DNA of 32,349 nucleotides from Octopus bimaculoides (GCF_001194135.2 NC_068984.1:55785298-55817646), one strand, 5' to 3'; shown: positions 10,698 through 23,163, numbered from the stretch's first letter. Numbers and translations: made by a program. The notes: generated by a model from the letters alone, not told the origin.

Positions 10698-12108
10698 ACT
10701 ACAACTACACAATGCTCTTCGTTCAAACACTTCTAAAGTGGTATTTGGTTTTCCTCTCCGAAACAATAAAATGAATACCAGTAATACACTAAATAAAGGT
10801 GACTTTATTTTAATCCCAAAATGCCCATCCGGCATTCTCTCGTCTCAAATTCATAGACATGCTGCCCCTTCGGTTTGATTTTTCAACCTCCTCTGCTATG
10901 ATCTCAGTTCTTCTGATTTCGTCTCGTGCCTCACTCATTTAGACACCCAGATTCACTTGTCTCGTCTTCTTTTGTGACCTATATTGCGTCGTCCATCATC
11001 CTAGACCCCACACGTTCATTTCTTCCTCTCTAGATCTTTACCCTATAGAATTTCCTCCATGTCCATATTTACCCACTTGCAACAGTTTAAAAGGAACATT
11101 AACCACATCTATCTCACCGTTCTAGTATGGCTTGGGAAGGCATCTCCTCCCCTCATTCAGGCAAAACTAATAATAAAACCTGCACAGGCCGCCCCCATTT
11201 ATTCAAATGAAACTAATAAAAGAAAACAATTGCATGTACCTACTTTCATATAAATATTGACTTCCTATTTCATAGAAAGGAATCAATATCAATATATTTC
11301 ACTCAAGCACCTGCTTCATAGAATATCATTCTCAGCTCTAATTCACAGGTAAATATCAAATAACTTTCAGCAGATGTTTTATTTTCCTTTCTAATCTAAA
11401 CGATTTTTAATAAATACTAATATCGTTTTGCTTTTTTTTTTTTTTTTGCTTTTTTTCACATACTTTTTTGGGAACATTAGTTAACCAGCATCATAAATAT
11501 GAAATTATACCAAAAGTATATATATTTAAGCACATACAATTATGTGTCACGATAATGTTTAATTCTCCATATTATGCTGGACAACACAGTTGAAGATCAA
11601 ATAGTAATGGAACTAACATTATATATTAATGTTGAAATAAAACATGCATACAAAAAGTACGTAACTTCACTGGCATGGTTACGTACTATAACATGAGACT
11701 GCACAAAGGTTTCGGATAAATAACACTGAATAAAAGTGAACCATTTAGAGTAGAATGCATCATACTATTGATTAAATATATCGATGATTTACATTGGCAC
11801 AGGTTCAATTTGAGGAACAACTGTATTAAAAAGTAAAAACATATATATGTGATAAAGACAAAGCTCAAGACTCAGGTGAATATATCCAAAAATCTTGTAA
11901 TTCCTCAGTTTGCTAATGGCTCCAGATCAAAGATCACTACCTTCAGTATGTAGTACCACATAGATTACAGACTTCTTTTATTTTCACGTAACGTTTGGTT
12001 TATATCATTATTAGTCTCGCACATTATGCACCAGAAGCATATTAACAGAACGAATCCCTCTCACGACTCTACCGGGCAACATCTCTTTGATACTAACCTC
12101 TGTTTAAG

Positions 12109-12164
12109 GAATTTGCCTCATTCGCCACACTAGACCAGCAGATTGGTGGGGCTGCATATTTTAG
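12109..12164 (+). CDS. Candidate internal exon (EFASFATLDQQIGGAAYF) ending in a GC donor
   Basis: TACTAAC branch consensus at 12091-12097, AG at 12107-12108, donor AG|GCAAGT. Phase 0 in, phase 2 out, compatible with the neighbouring candidate exons. Confidence 0.35.
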
Positions 12165-12367
12165 GCAAGTTGGCGGATTTTTACTCGGAATAGTGTGTGC
12201 CAGAAAAAATACCGCAAAGCATATTTAGTGTATTACTTGCAGTTATTTTATTTCAGGCAACCATAAAATAAAAATAAACTGATTTTATTGGGAATTGAAT
12301 TCCGAAACAAAAGAAATCCAATTGCATATAATGAAACATAGAGTCCAGTTTTCTGTTATCCTGACAG

Positions 12368-12398
12368 CAACAGCCATGAACCTAAAAAAAAGAGAAAG
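12368..12398 (+). CDS. Candidate micro-exon (SNSHEPKKKRK)
   Basis: Acceptor TTTTCTGTTATCCTGACAG| and moderate donor AAG|GTGTAG. Phase 2 in, phase 0 out. Confidence 0.25.
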
Positions 12399-12749
12399 GT
12401 GTAGAACATGATGTTAGGCAGAAATGTATCCATTAAAAATTAGATGTTGTCATAGAAATCATGCAGTTGCATTCGTTTCAATTCCGCTATAAAAGGGCTA
12501 CAAGTGACAACCTGTCAATTAGTCTTCGCATTTCTGGCAATTTACTTTAGGATTTGCAGATAAATTAGATTGAAATCGTGTGTGATATGATGGCTCATCT
12601 TTTATAATTGAATAACCACTAATTGTCTCAAGGTAACTTTGCTGGCCAGTTACAACATTCTCAATATGTCTTCAGGATATTAAAAGAATGTCGTCGAGCG
12701 AACGCATACATAAACACACACATATCACGCACGCATATGTACCTGACAT

Positions 12750-12783
12750 GTGTGTTTCAGAAACTGATTGTGTGCGTGTGTAC

Positions 12784-12839
<56 letters not shown>

Positions 12840-12901
12840 GTAAATATATATATATATGTATGTGTGTATGTTTGTATGTATGTATGTATGTGTGTGCGCG
12901 C

Positions 12902-12933
<32 letters not shown>

Positions 12934-12940
12934 AAATATA
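12750..12940. repeat. (TA)n/(TATG)n/(TG)n microsatellite complex
   Basis: Direct reading of the sequence. Confidence 0.9.
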
Positions 12941-13057
12941 TATCCGGTAAAAACCATAATACTAGTCTCATATATCGGCAGAAGGCTAGAAATTCTAAGG
13001 GATTATATCTTATATCGACAACAGTCTCTACCAGTATTTACTTTATCACCTCTTCAG

Positions 13058-13099
13058 GATTTGAAATCAGCACTTAAAGAACTGTTACTAATCGCCTAA
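13058..13099 (+). CDS. Candidate terminal coding exon (DLKSALKELLLIA*)
   Basis: Strong acceptor TTTACTTTATCACCTCTTCAG|. The phase 0 frame gives 13 codons then TAA; the other two frames stop sooner. Confidence 0.3.
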   Translation, partial: DLKSALKELLLIA

Positions 13100-14369
13100 C
13101 AGAAAATATTTTGTCTGCAAATCTACATCTTTTGCGAGATACATGAATACTGCTCAGTAACTCTAAATCTGAGGTGTTTTCTCAAATTTTTATCGTTTGA
13201 ATACCTATTTCGCACGTATTATATACCGTTTATTTGAAACAGTTGTACAACAATTCTTACGTTCACTGATTTTAATTCCATTGGGCCTAATAACCCATTT
13301 TCTTGAGTTTTTATGGACACATCTACGTTCCATAGATAGTGAAAGCAATATTGGTCTAACCCGCTTATTATTCACTATTTTAGAAATTGCAACCAAGTTA
13401 TCATTGTTCCTCTGTATTTTATCCCATTTCCTCTGGTTGCTTCGAAAAATCTTTTTTTTTTTTTTTTAATATTTCATTTCAATTTAACACTTAATACGTA
13501 ATTACACTGGAAGTCAGAATTAATCTTAACATTCAAGCTAATTTCGATGAATTTAATCCTTCAGTACATTTTCAATTATCTCGTTAATAATTTCCTTCTC
13601 CTTCAGCCACAATGCGTTTTACCGACTCACACTCTTTATAAAATTCTGTTTAAGTTTTAAAATTAGTTAAATTTATTTCTTTTTTCATTTCATTTGTTTC
13701 ATTGCTATTGTTTTTCTCTTTTCCCGTTCCTCAAGACATTTCCTCGTAAAAGAGTCAATACAAGTTAAGAACATACCTAAAACGAATTTTCTACCATGCA
13801 GCTGCTTCAATTTTAACATTCACTCTTAAATAAAGTCACCTGTGAAATAAGCGCACTTCTGAAATTAGACATTTCACGCATATTAACAGTCACATATTAC
13901 ATTTATCAAAATAGTGAGAAATCAAAAATATCTGCAATGAAGAAAAGTTATACAGGAACGACTGAATAAATACATAAATAAATGAATAAATAAATGAATA
14001 ATTAATAAATAAATGAATAAATAAATAAAGGAAAATAAAGGAGTGGCAATGCGTATCCAGCGCGCTGATAAATTTTTTCACACTTTATAGTGTGGCTTAC
14101 AATGCCTTGCTTATCCATGATTTTTAACTGAACTGAAATAAGCTTTGTAAGTTTTTGACTGAACTTGCTTATCGGGAAATTTGTAAATTCGAGTTTGTTT
14201 TGTTTGTTTTTCGTATCACCATTATAGGTATTTATACTCCAGTGAAATTAAGAAATCAACTCGTAAATAAACGAAACCCTCGAACCCATCATTGTACGCG
14301 CGCGCGCGCGCATACACACATAGTCGCATATCTATGTATGTATGTATGTTTGAAGATAATCTAATCAAA

Positions 14370-14522
14370 CCAAATTTTTATCATTTCGAGCCATTCACCC
14401 AATGAGCATTTCTGCCTAATTTGGTGAAAATCCGTTCAGCCGTTTTCCAATAATTTTGCAAACACAAACAGACAAAGACGAGTGGTTACAATACCCTACT
14501 TTCGCTTACGTCTAAGGTAATA
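14370..14522 (+). mobile_element. Possible Helitron/Helentron-associated non-autonomous (HINE-like) 3' fragment
   Basis: GGTGAAAATCCGTTCAGCCGTTTT...ACAAACAGACAAAGACG...GGTAAT resembles the recalled layout of such elements. Family assignment unverified. Confidence 0.3.
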
Positions 14523-14546
14523 AATAAACTGTACGTATTCTTTTTT

Positions 14547-14548
<2 letters not shown>

Positions 14549-14605
<57 letters not shown>
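14549..14605. repeat. (ATT)n trinucleotide microsatellite
   Basis: Direct reading of the sequence. Confidence 0.95.
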
Positions 14606-15380
14606 ATTCATGTTACTTGTTTTTATATACCTATGATGGGATGATTTCTCTTGTCGTATGATGTTCGGATACATTCTTATTACTCTGAAATGTAAAAACT
14701 GCAACCCAGTGATAGCATTGCAAATTTGTTGTACCACTACTACTGGCTGTTGACTTGTGGCCCACACTCAACCAAAATTATGCATTACAAATGTCTTGAG
14801 AAGTATTCAGAAAAATAAATTGCTGCAGTCCTTCCTTGATGTACTTTGTACTGATTCAACCTGTACACACACACTTATCGCTTCTTACATCTCAAACATA
14901 ATTATAGCTTTGGATTTTATTTCAGTTCCCAAACACTTCCTTCTATAGATGTGTTACAACTATAGCTGATAAATTGCTTATCTCTGCAATATAAAAGACG
15001 TGAATTCAACGTAAAACATGAAACAAATTCCTCAATAAATACACTTAGATACTTCTATCAAAGTATTTTCCTCCCTTTTATATATTCGTTTGCTTAGTTC
15101 ACTTTTTTTACTTTTCACTTGATCTTCACTATGGTATACTCAAAACCAAATACATATATAATTTAAACTGTTTCAGTAAACCAGTCTGGATGTTTTAAAG
15201 GGGTCTCTAAATATTGTTGGATGTCGATATCTCAATCTTAAATTGTATTTCCAGATTTGCATTTCTAAATAAGCGTAACTAAATATATCCGAATTTTCAT
15301 CATGTTATTGCCGATCTATCTTCCTAAGAGCACAGCGTTTTTATTATCACTTGAGTTGTTATCAAATTTATTTCTCGAAA

Positions 15381-15802
15381 TACTCTTTTGCTCTTTTACT
15401 TGTTTCAGTCATTTGACTGCGGCCATGCTGTAGCACCGCCTTTAGTCGAGCAAATCGACCCCAGGACTTATTGTTTGTAAGTACTTATTCTATCGGACTC
15501 TTTTTGTCGAACAGCTAGAATACGGGGATGTAAACACACCAGCATCAGCTGTCAAGTGATGGTGGGGGGACAAACACAGACACACAAATACACATACATA
15601 TATTTATATATATATATATATATATACATACATATATACGACGAGCTTCTTTCAGTTTCTGTCTACCAAATCCACTCACAAGGCTTTGGTTGGCCCGAGG
15701 CTATAGTAGAAGACACTTGCCCAAGGTGCCACGCAGTGGGACTGAACCCAGAACCATGTGGTTGGTAAGCAAGCTACTTACCACACAGCCACTCCTGCGC
15801 CT
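15381..15802 (-). mobile_element. Near full-length tRNA-derived SINE with a CORE-like central motif and an internal microsatellite
   Basis: Minus strand: AGGCGCAGGAGTGGCTGTGTGG (A-box), GGGTTCAGTCCC (B-box), ACCTTGGGCAAGTGTCTT (MIR/CORE-like) and a (TAAAAGAG)-type tail. Homologous copies at 23420-23750 and 32113-32310. Confidence 0.88.
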
Positions 15803-17747
15803 TCGTAAAGAACGTTTGCCACGTGTACAGGTAGAATACATTTTATTTTATTTAGTTTCACCATGATTAAATATCCTATTCTTGATATATAGATTGGAAA
15901 ATATGACATTTGATGAAGATTAAACATTTAAACCAGCAGAATATAAAAGTTGCAAATAATACGTTGTAATAATGAAGCGATCCAGATATATAATTTATCA
16001 TTAATGGAATTTTAATACCGCCTTTTTTATAGCTTTCCAAAACATTAATTAATTAGATTAAATCCACAATTTTAGTAGGGAGAGAGTTTGAATATATGAA
16101 GGTTTTCTGATTTTAAAATGTAACTTAGAAAGTATTCTGAACAGAATGAAGATAATTTGAAACACTAATCTTCCTACTATAGTTAGCTTTATAATCATTT
16201 AAAATGACTACAGCCTGTTTTAATTTTCTTGTGCAATATTTACAACACCGTTATGCTGTTTGCTGTTTTTTTTTGTTTTTTTACGTATGGCTGACGGTAT
16301 ATCTGAACCACATAAATCTTGAAGTAATAGCATCTGTTGAAAACAGCATATGTAACTAATTAGGATGAGAACCATATCACAGTTTGGTCATGTTGTAAGA
16401 AACCATGTCTTGCATATGGTGTAGAATAATGTGATATACATACGCCTAAGTGTTTGTGCTTATGTGTATGCATGTATGTACGTTAGTAAACATGCATTTG
16501 GGTAAGTTGGTATATTCAGAGATTTACTATATCATATTTCTATAAGGTCATTGTAATAGTAAGTTTCAATTTCAGCTCATACCATTCTGGAATATAACAG
16601 TGTAGGTTATAATGAAATGAAATTGAATAACACAATATAAAATAGAAAAACGTGTTACGTGCAATAAAACATTTTAGGTAGACTTCTGTAATGAAACAAT
16701 GCACGCAGAAATACTTGTATAAAATTTAACTTTGAATTGACCATAAATATCATTTGTTCTAATATAATAACAGAAACTAATTGTTACTAGGGATACAATT
16801 TCTTTATACGTCATAGTTGTTTAGACGGGCAATTTCAAACTGATATGACTCGAGTGTAATCTGGTTATTTGTTTTATGAATAACACTTCATTGTGTTGTT
16901 GCAACCTTTATACACGAAACAGGATAATGTTAAATTGTCTTAGAAATTACGAAAAGCAGCACCGTGTTTTGCTTGAAGTAGCGAAATCGAACCAATACAC
17001 AATTGGCATCAGGTTGGATTAATATTTCGGTTTAATAAGAAAATAAAAGGGGAATGGAAAGCGGTTAAAAAAGTCTTACAGCTAAACGTAAATCTGAATT
17101 TATTACGCTGAGATAATACAACTTATGATTAGCTAATGTATTAAGGAGTGTGTGCTAATCTACAAGACGAATTATAATTAACGTTCTGAAATTGATAACT
17201 TAATCATGCGCTAAATTGTTTTAACCGCTAACTATTTAAGTTCTGTTATAAAACCACGTCTGTTTGAAGTATTTTCTGTGTCACTCATTATCGCAATATT
17301 TAAGGTTTTAATAACGAGTTCAGATCACCTAATAACAATGATGTTTTCATTTAGAATCACGTTTCATATTACAAATTTTATTGAAAATTGTTGACAAAGA
17401 CAAAAAGATTTCGAAAGCAAGATAATTAAAAGGATGGAGTATCACTTGACATTTCAAACTAAATTTAGTTTGGAAAACAGTGCTGGCAATTTTCCGCTTC
17501 TCTATATTTATTAATACAATGGCAAGTTTCAAATTAACGAGCAGTGAGCTATCTATTCAAGATTAAAAGTCAGCAGTATTTTAATATATTTTGTGAATGT
17601 TCACTTTTCTCCAGCAACCCAATAGTAAATGCAGAATGTTTACTCCCAAGCCTCAACTAAAGCTTATCGGAAAACTTTACTATATTTTGAATATATTACT
17701 TACTGATATAACTGTAAATATTCGTGAATGATTACCCCGGACAACAT

Positions 17748-17880
17748 TATGTATGTATGTATGTATGTATGTATGTATGTATGTATGTATGTATGTATGT
17801 ATGTATGCATGTATATATATATACATGTTTGTATATATATATGTATGTGTCTGTACGTGTGTGTGTGTGTGTGTGTACAC
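17748..17880. repeat. (TATG)n, (TA)n and (TG)n microsatellites
   Basis: Direct reading of the sequence. Confidence 0.95.
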
Positions 17881-17929
17881 TCATACATATGTATAACAAC
17901 TCAAATGATAATAAAAATGTTGTGCGCTT

Positions 17930-20535
17930 AAGAAGATAGATTGGCAATAACATGGTTCCAGATTCAATGATTGTACAGTATCGACCACCGATTGTACTTC
18001 CCAAAAATTAAAATAGATAATAAAACAATATCAATAATAAATAGCATAAACCTGGCCGTCACAGAACTAATAGCCACAGAAACAAATGTCAATATCACTG
18101 AGCTAAATGACATAATTTATGCAGCAGCCACTGTGGCCACAACAGAAGCTGGAATCTCCCTCAAACCCATCCAAACAGGAGTACCACCAACCAAACAAAC
18201 TCTGTAGATAAATAATATCCAGAAAAAAATAGAAAACAAGAGAAAAAAATCTGTCAATTCTCAACGAAACTAGTAGACAATCAACACTACTAAGTAACAA
18301 GAAAAGAACGAAAATACTGTGCAAAAACAACATTCCAGAAAAAGGGTTACCTGAGGTAAAAGAACAGCTAAGACAAGTTATCCTTGCTAAAGCACAAAGG
18401 ATCCACCGGTATGAGAAACGCCACTGTTTCTTTGAACAAAGCAAACAGTTCAACTCCCATCCCAAAAATTTCTACCAAGAACTTGGCAAAAATAAAATAG
18501 ACATCAATGCAGCAGCACCAACTGCAGAAGAAGTAGAAGAATTTTGGAAAGAAATATGGTCGGCGAAGGAACAAAACAGCGAACTTAGCACCTGAACAAC
18601 TCTGGACTCCTATAGCAACTGAAGAGACATTGCAAAAACTAAGCAACTGGAAGGCAGCTGGGCACGATAAGAACCCCAAATTCTGGTTAAAATATCTGAC
18701 AGGGACACACAAAAAGCTGGCTGAAAAATTTAATGACATACTAGCAGAGCCAGAGACAATGCCTGAATGGCTCACGAAAGGGAAAACTATCCTAATTCCC
18801 AAATCCACTGAAACGGCAAACACACAAAATTACAGACTAATAAATTGTCTCCCTACAATTTACAAAGCCTTTACTGCAATAATATCGCAGAGATTGAGCA
18901 AGCATCTAGAAGAAAAGAACCTGTTTCCAGAAGAGCAGAAGTGATGCTGCAAGGGCTCATACGGCTGTAAAGATCAACTAATAATCAATAAAGCCATAAC
19001 TGAAGACAGCCGCAGAAAGAAGAAAGGCCTAAGTATGACCTGGATCGACTACCGAAAGGCTTTTGATAGCATCCTCCACATATAGATCCTAGAAACACTA
19101 GCCTTGAGCAAGGTAGTACCAATAATCATGAAATACATAAGACACTCTATGAAAAAATTGCAGACAATGCTACAGCTCCAAACAAAAGAGGGACTCATAA
19201 AAACCATTAGAAAAGGAATATTCCAGGGTGACACGCTCTCTCCACTTCTTTTCTGTTTGGCACTGACACTTTTATTTGACATGCTAAACAGAACTGGATG
19301 CGGATACAACTGTTACGGCAAAACAATCAGCTAATCTCTTATATATGGATAACCTAAAACTGCACGCTACAAATGATAAGAAGCTGGAAACATTACTACG
19401 GACAGCACATGGATTTACCAAAGAAAGAAATATGAAATTTGGCTTAGAAAAATATGCCAGAGCAACTTGAAAAGAGGAAAACTAGTTAAAAGTAGCAACA
19501 TCACACTATGAACTAGATACGATACAACACACAAAGGAAAGAGAAAATAAAATAAAATAGAATACTATAGACGATTTAGATTAATACTGAAAATAGAGCT
19601 CAATGAGAAAAACGAGATAATAGGCATCAACACTCTAGCCGTCCCAGTTATAAGTTACAGCTAAAATATTCTCAACTGAACAATAAATGAACTAACCAAA
19701 ATAGACAGAAAAACAAGAAAAATAAGGACAGGACTTAGGATGTACAACCCAAAATCTGACATAGAAAGGTTATATATACAACGTATAGAAGGTAGTAGAG
19801 GCCTTATACAGCTAGAAAACTATTACAAAATAACCACCATAGGACTTCAAAAATACCTACTTCAGAAGCAAGGAAAACTAATACAAATAGCCACAAAACA
19901 CGAACAAAACAAAACACTGTTCTCAGTCTTTGAGGAAGTTGACAACTATAAACAAGAAGTCATACTACCTAAAAACTATGAAGTAGAAGAAGAAACAGCA
20001 AAAACTTTAAAACAAATGAAATCCAAACTAAAACTAGAACAGCAACGGACCATGATAAAATGATGGCAAGAAAAGACGCTTCATAGCAAATAATGGGCTA
20101 AACTAAACACAAAAGAAATAGACAAAGCAAAACCCCAGCAACAGCTGAGGAGCTCAGGACTTAAAGCAGAGACTGAAGGATTTTTAAATTCGGCACAAGA
20201 CTAAAGCCTCCCCATCAGAAATTATCAAAAACATACAGTGAAAAGAAACATAACAAGTTACTGCAGAATATGTGGAGATGGACAAGAAACAATAAATCAT
20301 ATTGTTGGGTCCTTTGGAACAGTATCAGAAGGTATCAAGGGGAATATATAGGAAATTGGAATCGAGTGCCCAGAAGGACCGTTAGAAAAGGTTTGCCTCC
20401 TTGGCGGGGTCAGAATAATCAGGAAAATATTAGATGGCTGAAAAGAACGGATAGCACGGTATCGAAGGCTGCAGGTAGTAAGCCCACTACGCATGCAAGA
20501 CTCCAAGAGTTCCAACAAAACCTGTGATAAAGAGA
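17930..20535 (+). mobile_element. R4/Dong-clade non-LTR retrotransposon, 5'-truncated, decayed, with an internal deletion of the REL endonuclease core
   Basis: ELNDIIYAAA. RT motifs PEWLTKGKTILIPK, NYRLINCLPTIYK, WIDYRKAFDS, IFQGDTLSPLLF and LYMDN (19342-19353). Zinc-knuckle start CRICGDGQETINH. C-terminus EKVCLLGGVRIIRKILDG* (stop at 20439-20441). (TAA)n tail. The 5' boundary is approximate. Confidence 0.88.
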
Positions 20536-20575
<40 letters not shown>

Positions 20576-20580
20576 GTAAA

Positions 20581-20667
<87 letters not shown>

Positions 20668-20676
20668 AATAATAAT
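20536..20676. repeat. (TAA)n array (tail/target of the Dong element)
   Basis: Direct reading of the sequence. Confidence 0.95.
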
Positions 20677-21170
20677 GTACATGTTTTGTCTTGGTATAAA
20701 AGATGAACCACAACAAATATTCTGTTCAATACCAGATTTGATTGTCAGTGCTTGGCCTTCACTACTTGAGCTTGTCACTTGGTGACTGACGTCATGTGCA
20801 TCTGTGATCACAAGCAGAAGTGGTGGGGAAGCATTATAACCATGCGTTAAGAACAATCTTTGGGGTTTGAATAATACACATCCGGAAACATGGGTGTTTC
20901 GTTCATCATCTTTAAATAACCCTTATTCAGAGACTTTTGGGGCAGGATGGGCTACTCGACCTGAAGAAAATTCTAAGTGGACCCCACCTGCAAGGTCATG
21001 CGCTGTTTATCTTGATATGAGATGACCATGTCATGCGTATATGGTTGTGATGCTTGTGCCTGGTGTACCCTTATCAAATGAATCGTCATAGACGGGTACA
21101 TTGATGCTTCGAATATTTGTCCGCCAGTGTCACTTTGATAGCATACACTACTCACTCACTCAATAATAAT
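20677..21170 (+). mobile_element. 3' terminal fragment of an interspersed non-LTR element ending in CAATAATAAT; family uncertain
   Basis: Starts directly after (TAA)n and ends CTCACTCACTCAATAATAAT. GC-richer than the flanks, and recalled as a common cephalopod repeat. No coding motif seen. Confidence 0.5.
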
Positions 21171-21174
21171 GTTA

Positions 21175-21436
21175 ATGGACTCCCCCGTCGAAGACACCAT
21201 ATAAGCGTTCAGCTTTTGCTGAATGACCTGTACAAATGATTTGTTTATAGTGACCAAATCTATGTGCTGCACATTAGCTAACTGTCTCCATCAAATCAAC
21301 GTTGTCTGGACAGGAACGCAGTGTACTACGCTTCAGATGTCGAAGAGATCGCAGAGCAACGTGAGACGAAGTGTTTTGCTCAAGAATTGAAACCATGATG
21401 TCGTGATCGTGAGTGCAACACCCTAACAATACGTCC
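21175..21436 (-). mobile_element. tRNA-derived SINE (internally deleted head)
   Basis: Minus strand: GGACGTATTGTTAGGGTGTTGCACTCACGATC...GGTTTCAATT followed by CTTGAGCAAAACACTT. Similar to 7579-7722. Confidence 0.6.
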
Positions 21437-21437
21437 T

Positions 21438-21438
<1 letters not shown>

Positions 21439-21510
<72 letters not shown>

Positions 21511-21527
21511 TAATAATAATAATAATA
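21439..21527. repeat. (TAA)n array
   Basis: Direct reading of the sequence. Confidence 0.95.
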
Positions 21528-21744
21528 AAATATTCAGACAAATACATAAGAAAAATACCAGGACTTACAAATATATATAACATACAGAAAATTGCACTAC
21601 TGGGTACTGCACACATTCTACGCAAAACACTTTCAATACAGTAAACATAAGAGCACCACAGCAAACCACAGCACATACCCAAGGCGCACAGAGCTGCGCT
21701 CGGTAGTGAAGTGAAAGCACGTTATAAAAATAAAACTACTGAAC
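21528..21744 (+). mobile_element. Extremely 5'-truncated R4/Dong element (last 38 codons plus 3' UTR) inserted within (TAA)n
   Basis: Intact frame KYSDKYIRKIPGLTNIYNIQKIALLGTAHILRKTLSIQ* (21528-21644) with the REL-clade C-terminal QKxxLLGTAxILRK motif. (TAA)n on both sides. Confidence 0.85.

Positions 21745-21795
<51 letters not shown>
21745..21795. repeat. (TAA)n array
   Basis: Direct reading of the sequence. Confidence 0.95.
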
Positions 21796-22884
21796 TGGGA
21801 ACATTGTTCAGTTTATTATGTTCTCAGACTCTATGTTTAATCGGTAATTTTATCCATTTGATTAATTTTCTTTCCTTGGTAGAGGTTGTTTAATTATTCA
21901 GCTTACAGTGTAGGTGGCACCTCGTCTTAATGAACTAACATATTTTCTTCCAAAATATTTACTAACGCAAATCTCTAGAAACAAGCTGTAATAATTTAAT
22001 ATTAATATTTTTCCTTTCCATTTCGTGGTTTCCTTTAATATTATCAAAATAGTAAATAAATGAAATTAATTAATTAAATGATTAATCATTAAGAAGCAGT
22101 AAATAAATAAATAGAATTATTGTCTCATAGCGTAAACAAGCAGCATGTTATGAAGAAAAATATTTATGGTAGTTTACATACTATCTTAACACTGAAGAAT
22201 ATTTTTCTCATACATTTCTGGGAAAAGTTCACTTCAGTTTGAGTGCATCTAAATCTATAAAAATATAGAGCGAAAAATGGACTCATTACATTAACATGTA
22301 AAGAAAACAACATCACTTAATTGAAATGCATGTCACACATCTCTAGGATGAAGTTTTATGAATAATTTCCACTAGCACATTTTTCACTTAATTAGGTGTT
22401 ATAAACAACCATATTACTCTTTTGCAGACTAAATGTTCTATACCAGATAATAATTCTACAGAACTCATATTAGGAATCAAGCCATGTTTGCTATTTGCCT
22501 CCCTCCTGCATTTGTTATTTCCCGGTGACGTTGTTGGCATAAGTGCTATATTTCCAATTTACTAAAACATGTTGCATGTCATCAGACACCGAGGAAAGTT
22601 TGATTGGTAATTAAGTAAATGGAAAGATTCTCGTACAGATTTTCTTATAGAGACTTAGACATATAGAATTCTATACTGTGGCGCACGGTGCTGTTACTTT
22701 CATGATAAATACAAAACAAATGTATATAACTACAGCGGTTCGTGAAGTTACTTTTAGGTGGGGGAGATTTTCTTTTAAGTACATATACGATCAAACTTAA
22801 TAACATAAAAATGATGCCTTATTATTATTATTATTATTATACTCATCATCATCATCATCATCATTATCATCGTCATTATTAACC

Positions 22885-23085
22885 AGAGAAGCTGGTAGAA
22901 TCGTTAGCACGCAGGATAATATGCTTTGCAGCACTTCGTCGGTCTTTACGTTCTGAGTTCAAATGCCGCCGAGGTCGACTTGGCCTTTCATTCTTTAGTG
23001 GTTGATAAAATAAGTACCAGTTGTACACTGGAGTGGATGTAATCACCTTATACCCTCCCTCGAACTTGCTGGCCGTGTACCAAAA

Positions 23086-23088
<3 letters not shown>
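22885..23088 (+). mobile_element. tRNA-derived SINE between (ATT)/(ATC) repeats
   Basis: A-box-like GCTGGTAGAATCG and B-box GAGTTCAAATGCC. Homologous to 10432-10697. Confidence 0.8.

Positions 23089-23163
<75 letters not shown>
23089..23163. repeat. (ATT)n array
   Basis: Direct reading of the sequence. Confidence 0.95.

Noticed and set aside
10780-11253. Pyrimidine-rich unique-looking segment and a 64 aa ORF (11059-11253)
   Set aside because: No recognisable protein or repeat motif in any frame I translated. Probably a decayed repeat.
15735-15802. tRNA-like sequence with A and B boxes
   Set aside because: It is a SINE head continuing into the SINE body, not a tRNA gene.
22565-22590. Minus strand CTGATGA followed by a CATG/CATG stem
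   Set aside because: No GAAA or cleavage triplet follows.
20536-23163. Regularly interspaced repeat/unique pattern reminiscent of a CRISPR array
   Set aside because: The repeats are variable-length (TAA)n microsatellites separated by retroelement fragments in eukaryotic DNA, with no cas genes.
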